NCBI GenBank assembly: GCA_907165135.1
Contig: OU015566.1
Coordinates: forward strand, 10,602,001 to 10,666,000
Direction: 5' to 3'
Source of the DNA: Oikopleura dioica
Taxonomy: Eukaryota; Animalia; Chordata
DNA: 64,000 nt
A program made the translations under genes and the position numbers. Position 1 is the first letter of the stretch, and each line of letters starts with the position of its first letter. Positions 25,936 to 36,404 of this stretch are shown here, piece by piece. The notes under the pieces were generated by a model, which was given only the letters and a program-made list of their open reading frames with translations, searched no databases and had not been told where the DNA came from.

Positions 25936-28871
25936 ATGGGGCGCCCGATTCGTCGCGCGCACCTTGAGTCCTCTGAAAGCGATTCCGAATCGCAAGCAAG
26001 CAATCTCATTTCGCCAGGGTCCTTTTCACTCCAACTTCCACCATCATCGTCGTCGAGTGACTCTGAGACAGCGGCGTCGTCGGCGGCGGCGGCGAAAGTT
26101 ACTCCGCGTCGAGCAAAGACATCTTCTTCGCGTCGAGCAGAAACACCTTCTCCGCGGCGAGCAAAAACACCTTCGCCTCGAAAAACGTCTCGACCTCCTG
26201 TATCACCTCCTTACAAAAAGATCATTTCTGGTCTTTCGTCATCGATTTTGCACTCTGCTGGCACCAAGAAAAATGCCAAGGTAAACGTTTTTTGTAAAAA
26301 AAGCTCTTTTTAATACTTGATTCTAGCAAATGAGCATTTCTGATTATATCAACAAGAAGCCAAGCAAGGAGGTGATGGAAGGGGTGGTCCCACTTTCTTC
26401 GTCTGACGATGAGTACGAGGAGAAACAACAACAACAACAAGGCTAGGTTCAATATAGAGCACGCTTATTCTTTTTTGTCGTTTTAAATTGTTGTTGGTTT
26501 GAACCCCATCTATTAGAAAAAAAGACGAAAAAAAAGAAGGCCAAAAAGAGTGCCAAGACTGCAAAACCAGCAACGCCGCCGCCGCCATTCGAAAGTCTGC
26601 CAGAAGTTGGCATCAAAAAGAAGCAGAATCGAAAAAAAAAATCTGCTAAAAACACGCTTGTTATTCCACCAGCTATCCGCGATCTTTCGAAGCCGAAAAA
26701 GAAAATCTCTGCCGCTCGATCTTCGCCCCCAAAGCTTTCACCGATGAAAGATCCATCCAAAGAGGTTATTGAGCTCTCGTCAGAGACATCCGACGCCGAA
26801 GAAGAAAACACCGCTGCCGTCGCCGCCGCCGCTAATCAGAGCGCGTTTTTCAAGCGACCTTACGACGAAAGCGAAGGCGAGTTGGTGATTGACGAAGAGC
26901 ACGAGGAAGTCGCGCAACCTCCAAAACCTCGAAAAACGAGCAAGGTGCAGCGAGTTCCTAATCCGCCAAAGAAAAGAAAAACTGCGAATGCGGCAGAAAA
27001 AGCAGCGAAAAAATCGACAGTGGCGAAAAGACGAACCGATACTCCTCGCCCGCGCCGATGCAAGCCGGTCCCTCCAAATTGCATTTCGCAAATGGACTAC
27101 AATCGATCTCGGCTGTTTCAAAAGGGAGATCCAGAAACACCAACAAATGATGCGGTCGGAAAGCCAACTGAGCCGCGTATTCTCCCTGTCGTCGATAAAA
27201 AGTCGACGGTTCCTCGCGATCCAATGCCTAATTTGGAAAACACGGTGACAATCGAGGAGGGTGAATTTCCGCTCATCTTGCCAAGTGATCCCAAGGTGGA
27301 TGAAGAAGTTGGCGAGCTTCTTCGACGAACGGACGCGCTCGAAATTACGGACAGCGAGGACGAGTCTACCGGCGAAATTAAGAAGAGAATCGAAGCGTTC
27401 AAAAAAGAGGCACCAGTTTGGCCAATGAATCGCTACGCCTTGCGAAAAGCTTTTAAATTGGCCTACGATTCCAAATATGGGGTGCGACCGACAATGGCTG
27501 ACTCTCGAATTGGCGCTTGGTTGCAGCGAGTCGCCCGAAAGTACCACCATGCAAAGCGCTATGGTCAACCGCTGAACGAAGCCGAATATCGCATTTTCAT
27601 TGAAAATGTAAGCAAGGGCTCCTCGCTCGAAAGTTTTTTCAATGAGCCGGGGCTCGAAGTTGGCCCGAGAGTCGTCTGGGATAAGATTGGCAGCTTTTTT
27701 CCCATCTTCGCCATCGATGGATTCGTGTTTTACTACATCAAGGATCTAAAAATTTGGGTGAGTTTTTATTTTGTTTTCAAAAATATAACGACGGCCTTTA
27801 TTAGGTTCACTTCGAGAAGAGCGGCTGGCGACTTGTGTCAATCACTGACAAAGATCTCGGCCATCCAGCTATTGTTTTGGCAACGCTCAACGACATGCCG
27901 CCAATGGTTTTTCCGTGGCCCTTTCCGTCGGCTGAGGATCCTTACGCAAAGGCGAAGTCGACCATTCTACTCGTTTGTGGATTCATCCCTTTGGGTGCTT
28001 ATCCGGAATACGCGCTTGAAGCTGTCGACATAAGTAAAAAGGTTTGCACGCGCCCAAGTACATACACTCTGTTATCATAATTGTTTTCAAGGTTTTACAG
28101 ACGCTTTGCATCGAAGAGCAAATCACTCAACCGCCCTCAGCTGACCAGATGATCGCTCTCAACGAGCGACTTGAGAATAAGTGCTACAGGATGGTCAATA
28201 CAGCGTTCAAGATGGATCTCTTGAACCCCGAAGATGGCCTCACCGATGAGGAAATTCTAGAGGTGCGATACAATGGCCTCATTCTCAAAATGGACGAGAT
28301 GCTTGGCTCTCCAAAACCACCAACAAAGCTTCCTCTGAAAAACCGCGATCCATTTGAGGCAATTGTTGGCGCTCTCCCGCGTGTTTTCACTGAAAATGAA
28401 GATGTCTGGCCTCAGAACATTTTCATCAAAACGCTGATTTACGCCAACTCGTGCCAAAAATTTACAGAAAATCCTGCAATGATGCAGCTTGTAAGTGAAT
28501 TGTTTTTTTTCAAATTTTAAAATTAATTTTAGTTTGGCGTCGGCGAAATTTTGCCAGCATCAGTCGTCGCTTGGCAACAGTGGCTCAATTACCCGCTGCT
28601 CGATTTGAAGATGAGCACCGCGGAGAATAAGCGAGCTCAAGTCAACTTGGAGAATTTCGTCACCAATTACAAGCCAATGCCGCCGACTACGTCTTCCAAA
28701 GACTCCACCACTGCCACGAATGCGCCAGATCCGACTAAAGACGCCCAAATCCGCAAGAAAAAGGCTCGAGCGCTGACTCTTGAGCAGATGGAAGAGGCTG
28801 CGACTCCGTACGGGCTTCATGAATCCGACGATGAAAACATTTCCTCTGTTCCTCGCGCAAAAATGCCCTAG
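25936..28871 (+). CDS. Large spliced Polinton orphan protein (~900 aa): S/T-P-R repeats, K-rich region, SIM-like motifs, globular C-terminal half
   Basis: ORFs 25936-26313, 26744-28033, 27835-28080, 28044-28520 and 28551-28871 link in frame through short introns (one needs a GC donor); repeats RRAxTPSPR, motifs EVIELSS and EGELVID. Confidence 0.65.
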
Positions 28872-28921
28872 AAACTTTTTTGATATTTTCTTTTATTTAG
28901 ACATTTGAAAAAGGGGGGATC

Positions 28922-30983
28922 ATGAGTCGCCAATGGCAGCCGAGTCGATTGCTCCTCATTATATTCATGTGCATGTATGCACCTTTGGCGCGAAAAAGAA
29001 ATTTTGCCAATGCATCGATTATCATTATGACATCATCTGATAATTGGTACCCGTTCCCATCGTGCTTCAATGCGCATCCTTACATCCCTCATGGCGATTT
29101 TTGCGAGTTTGAACACGAGCATTGTGCTGCGGTATTGGCACCTTCGACTTCGACTACGACAACTGTTCGTTCGAAAACGGAGACAGTGGCGAGAACGACA
29201 ACGACGACTACAGAAGCGTCTACCTCTACCACCACCTCTACCAGCACCACCAGCACCACCAACGGCCTCATTACTACGTCGGAAAACGTTACTGAATCAT
29301 CTGGTGTTGATGGCGGCACGACTGCTGCTACTGACGACAGTGATAAAAAACTGTTTCCAGTGTTGAAGCCGGACCAAGCGACAATGCCCCCCGAGATTCG
29401 ACCCAAAAAGAAGAAAAATGAAAAAAAAGAGCTGGAAAAAAAATTTTCGTCGACCAGGTAAGACTTGAAACAAGGGTGGGTTTTGGAGTTATGTGGCATT
29501 TGGATGCATGGTGGTAGTTGAATTCATGGTGTCTTAAACACACATGTGGTAATTTTTGTAAAAAAACGCAAGGTTTTGCCACCCCGCGTTTCATACCACC
29601 CCGCGTTTCAAAGCACACCTAGTTTCAAAACACACTTTGAATTACAAAATTTTTTTTATCATTTTTTTTTAGCATTTTCTTCATTATTCTGGCGTCGATT
29701 ATCGGAACGATTTTGGCTTGTTGCGGAATTGCGGCGGCTGTGTTGAAATGCAAACACCAGCACGAATCTTGCTGCTCAATTTGGCGATATGTATTCTTTA
29801 CTCTGCGTGAATGGATTGGGGCGTTTTTCAACGCTCTCTTTGATCTTTTGCGATGCCGAAATCCGATTCAAGAATACAGACGACGTCAAGAATATTTTGA
29901 CAATATAATCTACTCCGGTCCAAATAATCGTCTCCGTCGAAGCTCATTTTTACGTAAGTTTTTCAAAAATCAAAAATTTTCTAAATTGTCTTTTCAGGTC
30001 GAAGGCAGCATTACGAGCGTCAACATTTGCTACCTCCTCATTTGGAAGCTGCCTTCCAGGCCCAACAAGCTTATCACCAAGAAATGCGAGATATGAATTC
30101 CGCCGCTGCCGCTGCTCCTCCAAGACGCTCCTTTTTCCGACGGTTTTTTAATCGTTTTACAAGTAGACAAAGATCGAGGGATAACGAGCAGTCGGCTGGT
30201 GATATTGTTAATTTGGCTGGAAGGCGACGGCCAACTCCTTCTCAAACACAAATCAATCAAGCTAATGAGCGATATGCTTGGTACAGAGGACGAAGCAACG
30301 GTCAGCAGCAGCAGCAGCAGCAGCATGACGTGCCACCTTCTTATAATACGGCTGTTTTTGGCCGCAGAAACCAACCCTGTTCAAACGCAGCTGCTGCTGC
30401 TGCTGCCAATGATGTAAACAATTCAACCTCTTCCCCCTCCAATGCCTCTTCGTCCTCCTCCTCCTCCTCAATTTCATCTGGCGACGAGGGCGAAGATGAA
30501 GCAAGCAGCTCTAGCAGCTCAGACGAGACGGGCGGCGGCGGCGGCGCAGACGAGTCAAATGATAAAACAAAAATTTCGCCAGATGTTTATCACGAGATGG
30601 CTCTCAATTCTTTGGTAGAGGTGCTTTTGGCAAAAGTTACCTACAACACGGTGGAATCTGTTTTTGAAGACTTGCTCAACTCAACCTGCAAAAAAACAAC
30701 ACTCGCCGAATTAGATATTCTGCCAAAGGACGACAGCGACGATGACTCCAAGAGTTACGATTCAATTGAGCCGCTCAGCTCGCCAGCGATGAGTCCAATT
30801 GTAAAATTTCAGCACAAGACCGATTACCAAACGCCTCGAGTTGAAACTCGCTACTCGGTAAGTTTTAGGGCACCGCACGTAGCGCTGTTAGAAAATAGAA
30901 TGTCGCCGCGTGCAGCGCTGTTTCTTTTCGATGCGCTTATTATGGCGCTGTTTGAGCACAACGCGCGCACCATAATTACATAA
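28922..30983 (+). CDS. Polinton type I membrane glycoprotein: signal peptide, mucin-like Thr stalk, TM, long tail with PPxY; may extend to 32527
   Basis: MSRQWQPSRLLLIIFMCMYAPLA; Thr-rich stalk; an intron from 29459 leads in frame to TM SIFFIILASIIGTILACCGIAAAVL; the next intron joins the 30027-30983 frame containing VPPSYN. Confidence 0.72.
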
Positions 30984-31237
30984 TTATACAAATCTCACAA
31001 CAATTTTATCAATTAACAACATAAATTGACAATTGAGTGGATCTTCTTGCGTCTATAAAAAATCGCAAAATTACCTAACTACCATAAAACGCTTATGTGA
31101 ACAATATTCAAGTATTTTAAATCAATTTTTCAAATTGACTCTAACCAATAATTTTTTTGCGCGATTTTAGCAAGTTTAACTACAAAGATCAAAACAAAAA
31201 ACTAAAAATTTCACACTCAACCCAATAACAAACCAAT

Positions 31238-31680
31238 GCCACCCTGACGAGCCTTTTCCAGCGCCGGCGCTTACACTCATCCCTGACGGGCTCCTCCGCC
31301 GGCGAAGCCGGCGCTTACACTCAACCCTGACGGGTCGGCTCCGTAGTTCCCTGACGGGCCCCTTTTCCATGGCCGGCGAGGCCGTACGGCGTCGCCGGCC
31401 ATTCCAAAGACGGGCCGTTCCAGCGCCGGCGAAGCCGGCGCTTACACTCATCCCTGACGGGCTCCTCCGCCGGCGGTGCCGTACGGCGTCGCCGGCTCCG
31501 TAGTTCCCTGACGGGCCCGAAGGGCCCGTCCGCGAGGCGTAGAACCTGCGCATGCGCAGGTTCAAGCGAGCCAAGTTCGCGCGAAGCGCCGGGGCGGGCG
31601 CGGGCCGCGGAGCGGCCCTGGCTCAAAAATTTTCGCTCGCGAGCGACCGCGTACGCGCTCGCTCGCTCGGCTCAAATTTT
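31238..31680. repeat. GC-rich island of short repeats and hairpins inside the Polinton
   Basis: Six CCCTGACG(GG) motifs, repeated GCCGGCGCTTACACTCA, palindromes GCCGTACGGC and GAACCTGCGCATGCGCAGGTTC, and GAA-loop hairpins GCCGGCGAAGCCGGC and GACGGGCCCGAAGGGCCCGTC, all within AT-rich flanks. Confidence 0.85.
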
Positions 31681-31721
31681 TTCGCAACCTTGTGCGCTTG
31701 AAAATAACAAAATGTTTTTAG

Positions 31722-32527
31722 ATTTATGGCGGCGTCGGCGGTGGCGGCGATCAACAACAGGACAAGTTCTTATCAGCTATCATTTCCTCCACAACGAAAA
31801 AGGACAATGTTATTGTCTTTGACACGCCGATTACTCAAGAGCAAGACAAACAATTTGCTCAATCACCATTTCGAATGGTTGAACTTGTCGCCCAACATTG
31901 CGCCGACAATTCCGAGCACATGACGATGATTTCGGCAGCCACTTCACCACTGCCATATAGCAGCAGTGATGATGATGATGTCACCGCAACCGCTGCCGCC
32001 GATGCAACTGTCTTTTTGTCTGCATGTGACGAGACTCTGCACGCCGAAGCTGGTGATGATTCCGCCGGTGATGATGCCGCCGAAGCTGGTGATGATGCCG
32101 CCGGTGATGATGAATCTGCATGGAGTTGGATGACAAAAACTCCGCCACCAAACACTCCGCCAGCTACACCACCGCCAACGCCCGCTACAGATGACGAATG
32201 GTAAAAATTTGAAATGAAAAAATTTTGTTTTGATCTTTGTGTGTTTAGCAAAAAGAAGAAGCAGCAGGAGCAACCAAAAGCTGGAGATGAAGAAAAGGAG
32301 AATCAGCAGCCAAAAGCTGAAGATGAAGAAAAGGAGAATCAGCAGCCCCAAGAAAAGGCCCCAAGGTATGCGTACGCGCTCGCGCATTTTTCTCCAATTA
32401 TGTCTTTAGCAAGAAGAAACCAAGAAAGAAACGAATGGGGGCTGATCAATTGATTGCAAATCAATTTGGAACAAGCACACCGATTCTTGAACGCCGCGAA
32501 CGAAGACGCAAGATAAAAAATAATTAG
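31722..32527 (+). CDS. Acidic/basic exons with two KENQQP motifs (separate gene or 3' exons of the 28922 gene)
   Basis: Acceptor TTTTTAG at 31721 opens IYGGVGGGGDQQQ..., in frame with ORF 31875-32204; two more introns lead to EEKENQQPKAEDEEKENQQP and KKKPRKKR...NN*. Confidence 0.6.
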
Positions 32528-32799
32528 GAAAATCACACACACAAATTTGCACTCACACACACACAAATGCCGCTGCACGGCGCTGGTACACTTGTCAACG
32601 ACGACGGCGGCGGCGCCCCACCACTGACTATTTTTATTCCTGTCAATCAACTTTTTGTTAGTTCAAAATTCTTGAATAAAAAGTTCACTCACACAAAAAA
32701 AAACGCTGAGTCTTTTAAAATTTAAACGCTCTTCTCTTGTCGGCATTTTGTGCATGCTTTTTGCTGAAGCAGTTGCAGCAGGTGGAAAAGAGCAAAAAA

Positions 32800-33899
32800 A
32801 TGAGCAACGAAGTCGACGATCAAAAGCACCACCAATTCGGAGTATCTCACCACCACCATCACCATCCTCTCAAGTAAGCATTGATATTATTGTATTTTTT
32901 TATTTACATGTTTGCAGAGTGGAGCAAGATCGTGTTTTGATGTCTGTAGCGGAAGAAGAATTAACCCAGTTTCCACCACCACCACCAGAGCAGAGCGATC
33001 GTCTTCTACAGACAATACAGGCCTCGTCGTCCTTACTCGATCCTCAGCTCGTCTCCGCAACCGTAAACAATCATCAGCAGTCACTAGAACGGAGGAACCA
33101 AAAACCTCTCAGCAGCTTGGTATTGAATCGATCGAAACTATGGAAACGGAGATATCTTCGCCGCCGAAGAATCCAGGAGCACGAGAAATTGGAACAAGAG
33201 AGACTTCAGCGACAGGAAAGAGTAACATTGGAAACGCTGAGAGAGAGACGATCCTCGCTACAATCTCCACTTCCACCACCACCACCGCCAAAGTTGCTGT
33301 CTTGCAACCGCGACGATCAACCATTTGTCAACGTCGACAACAGAGCAATGACAATGACGCTTCCCGACCTGCGAGTGATCGCCCAACCACCACCACCACC
33401 ACCCCCACCATCGTCGTCGATGGAGAGCTCGCTTACTCCAGTAAACAGCCCAGTGAACAGCCCAGTGATGAGCCGACGGAGCCGCCGCGGCCGACGGAGC
33501 CGCAGACTAGGGTGCAACAATTGCAACAACTTCCTAATGAGACACCTGGCAATTTGTTTCACCCTTATGCTTTGCGTAATATGGTTAATCGCAGGTCTGA
33601 GCGTATTAGCAATAAAAACAACGCAGAAAAACATGCAGTCGAGAACACAGCTGGCTCACGAACTTGCCGTCAAGATGATCGAAAATCACTCTCGATTGAA
33701 GACTCACCACTCTCATCACCGTCAAAAGCCGTCAAACACTGTGTCGTCATCGACGACGACGACGACAACTCTGCAACCGATGATAATCAGCGAAAAAGGT
33801 CCAATCTTTGGAGCAACGACAATCAATCAGATTCCTGTTCAAATGACAAGCGAGTACGAAGGGGAGGGGAGCGGTATGAAGAAGAATACAAATCAATAA
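32800..33899 (+). CDS. Polinton type II membrane protein, Pro-rich cytoplasmic part, C-terminal EGEGSG
   Basis: ATG 32800 (MSNEVDDQKHHQ...HHHHHHPLK) and a 44-nt intron (32874-32917) join the 383-aa frame; TM HLAICFTLMLCVIWLIAGLSVLAI; ends ...SEYEGEGSGMKKNTNQ*. Confidence 0.65.
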
Positions 33900-35740
33900 G
33901 TAATCGACGAAATTATGCTCACAAGGTGGTGGTGGTTTCCACCGCCACCAACAATCAACAACAACAAAAACTTTCAAAAAAACCAAAATACCAAGTCAAC
34001 TATTCTCTACACCAAGTGCACGCGAAGAGATCATTAAGACATACAAAAAAATTCCGAGAAACTTTACATAAACTTATTTCCGAGAAATCGGGAATATTTG
34101 AAGGATCACCTGCCAATTTTTCCATTCGAGGTAAACGAACTCCTCGCTGGTCGAAAGCGCTCACTCACGACGAGTGGTGCAGATTACGAGATTACTTTTT
34201 CAATTCGGATGATGGCCAAGTGTTGATGCCATTTGATTTTTACAATTTTGAACGTGGCAGCGGCGGTGGCGGTGGCAGAGTGGCAAAAAAACCTCGTTTC
34301 GAGGAAGACGACGACGACGACGATTATAACCTTGACGAGAACGACGCGCACGTAGAAGGAAGTGGCTACAATGTCAATTACGAGGATGGCCGCTTCAAAC
34401 TCATCGATCATGAGTCAATTGCTTCCATGATTTCAATTGAAAACAAATCTGCCATTTTAGCCGTACTGGAATTTTTCTGGGTGATGCTTGAGATAGATTT
34501 TCAATCGCCCCCGCTCGAGACCGTTCATCATTGGAAAAGTGAACCAAATTTGGACAAAACCGACATGAGAATAATCGCCAACTCGATTCGATTGATCAAC
34601 CCAAATTTACCCAGCAACTTTTTTCAAGATGAATTCTCAACTGCTCAAGAATTTGAACAAACAAACTCTGCCGATAGCTACACAAATGGACTCGATGTTA
34701 CAAGAGAGATTCTTCATCTCCTCTCAAATAGCATTACATTTTCCTACATATCGGCAAAAATGGATGGCAAGCACTCGGCGCAAGCTTATCAACAAATTGG
34801 TGGCATTGCCGAAAAATGTGTTCTTGAAAAACCAATCCACATGAGTGACATGTACATGTACTTGGTTTATCTCGAGATGACAATTAGAGAATGCTCACCG
34901 TTTTATGAATTTACAACTTTCTTGACGGATAACAAGGAAACGATTGTAAAAATGCCTGCGAGTATTGTCGCCGATTGGCGCTCAGATCGACCACATCAAT
35001 TTCGCGAAAATTATGTTCCCACTGATAACGCGCCAAACAGTGAAAAAAGGCATGGATTGTGGAGAACATTTTGCTCGCAGGGACCTCAATCAACTGCCGA
35101 TGTTAAAACGTCAAGAAAACGATCGCTGTGCAGCACGTATAGTGAGGCGGTTGACACTGAAACTCTCAACAAAACACTTTTTCGACTCAGCATTTTAAAA
35201 CCAATGACCAGTCACCCACAAATTGCCTATTTGATGACGCTGAAACGTTTCTTTAGCGGATTCTGTTTTCTTGAGAAAAAGAAAATTGAAAAAATTTTAA
35301 AAATAACTCCCTACGAGCAAGAGATTCTCGACACGCGGCTCCTTGGCAATATGGAGAGTGAAGAACAGCGTGAACGTCGTTTCTCTCTTCAAAATCTGAT
35401 GGTTAAAGCGCGAAAACACATTTACTATCAGCATCGAGCGCGTATTAAAAATTTGCTGAGAAGAATGCTCGAAAATTATGTAAATTTTATTGCAACTTGC
35501 GGCTCTGCTCCAAGTCTATCCAAATGTCGACTTCGCCGAGTACAAACTCAACCGACGAATCCGATTGCCTTCTTTGATGATCACTACAATTCATGGGAGA
35601 TACGCTGCTCAACTTGCATTTCCAGTTACAATAACGATTACAATCGAATCGAGGGTTTTTTAAACCAGCTTGGTCATAACCACGATTTTAATCTCAAATC
35701 TGAGTTTATGTCAATGCGAAGAGCTCAGCTGCATCGGTAA
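32912..35740 (+). CDS. Large Polinton orphan ORF (942 codons), disordered N-terminus, helical C-terminal domain; probably continues after a GTAAG intron
   Basis: 2.8-kb open frame; first Met at 33140 (METEISSPPK); ends at LHR/GTAAGT donor. No family recognised. Confidence 0.8.
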   Translation: MQSGARSCFDVCSGRRINPVSTTTTRAERSSSTDNTGLVVLTRSSARLRNRKQSSAVTRTEEPKTSQQLGIESIETMETEISSPPKNPGAREIGTRETSATGKSNIGNAERETILATISTSTTTTAKVAVLQPRRSTICQRRQQSNDNDASRPASDRPTTTTTTPTIVVDGELAYSSKQPSEQPSDEPTEPPRPTEPQTRVQQLQQLPNETPGNLFHPYALRNMVNRRSERISNKNNAEKHAVENTAGSRTCRQDDRKSLSIEDSPLSSPSKAVKHCVVIDDDDDNSATDDNQRKRSNLWSNDNQSDSCSNDKRVRRGGERYEEEYKSISNRRNYAHKVVVVSTATNNQQQQKLSKKPKYQVNYSLHQVHAKRSLRHTKKFRETLHKLISEKSGIFEGSPANFSIRGKRTPRWSKALTHDEWCRLRDYFFNSDDGQVLMPFDFYNFERGSGGGGGRVAKKPRFEEDDDDDDYNLDENDAHVEGSGYNVNYEDGRFKLIDHESIASMISIENKSAILAVLEFFWVMLEIDFQSPPLETVHHWKSEPNLDKTDMRIIANSIRLINPNLPSNFFQDEFSTAQEFEQTNSADSYTNGLDVTREILHLLSNSITFSYISAKMDGKHSAQAYQQIGGIAEKCVLEKPIHMSDMYMYLVYLEMTIRECSPFYEFTTFLTDNKETIVKMPASIVADWRSDRPHQFRENYVPTDNAPNSEKRHGLWRTFCSQGPQSTADVKTSRKRSLCSTYSEAVDTETLNKTLFRLSILKPMTSHPQIAYLMTLKRFFSGFCFLEKKKIEKILKITPYEQEILDTRLLGNMESEEQRERRFSLQNLMVKARKHIYYQHRARIKNLLRRMLENYVNFIATCGSAPSLSKCRLRRVQTQPTNPIAFFDDHYNSWEIRCSTCISSYNNDYNRIEGFLNQLGHNHDFNLKSEFMSMRRAQLHR

Positions 35741-36404
35741 GTGTGTGCGCGCGCGATTGCAATCACGCACGTGCGAATGCACATTACTTCCGATTTAATT
35801 TTACTTTTTAGCGTTATGGAGAATCACAAATCAATTTTCGATTTTTTTACTCATCATAAACTCAACTTTGGTCTGCTCAATGTAAACAACAGCAGCATTC
35901 TTGCAACGGCCGCTGAAATTGCTGAAATTGATCCACATTGTGAATCCGCGTCGTCACCGCCGCCGCCGCCGCCGATGGGCGACGCGGCAGGAGAAATTAC
36001 ATCAAAAGAATCTCAATCTGCTGCATTTAACAGTAGCAGCAACAATGCAAACAATGATGATGATAAATTGATGATAGGTAAGCAAATCGAGTTCATAGCT
36101 CCTGTCTTCTAACAACATTTGTCAAGAGCCGACTTCAACAAATTGGGGCGGCAGCGGCGGCGGCGGCAACGATGGCCCCATCATTGAGATATCATCAAGC
36201 TACTCTTCAACTGATGATGAAACTGACGATCCGGTAAGCGCCACCATGTGATAACCGCGCGAGCGCCGCGCGGCGCTGCTTGTTTTACTTTAATATAAAA
36301 CCAATCATCAAAACATTACTTTCAGTCAAACAAACAACAAACAAACAAACAAAACGAAACTTTTACAGCAACACGCAAAAAACTCTTGAAGAAGCAGCGA
36401 AGAA

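Noticed and set aside
26780-27568. 262-aa antisense ORF
   Set aside because: Mirror of a well-supported plus-strand gene; no motifs or splice support.
27835-28080. Candidate adenain-like protease (GHP...VCGF)
   Set aside because: His-Cys spacing is too short, the Gln/Asp context is absent, and it is an internal exon of a larger gene.
31650-31672. AAV Rep-binding-element-like CGCGCTCGCTCGCTC
   Set aside because: Short GCTC repeat that can arise by chance in a GC-rich island; no Rep/HUH gene seen.
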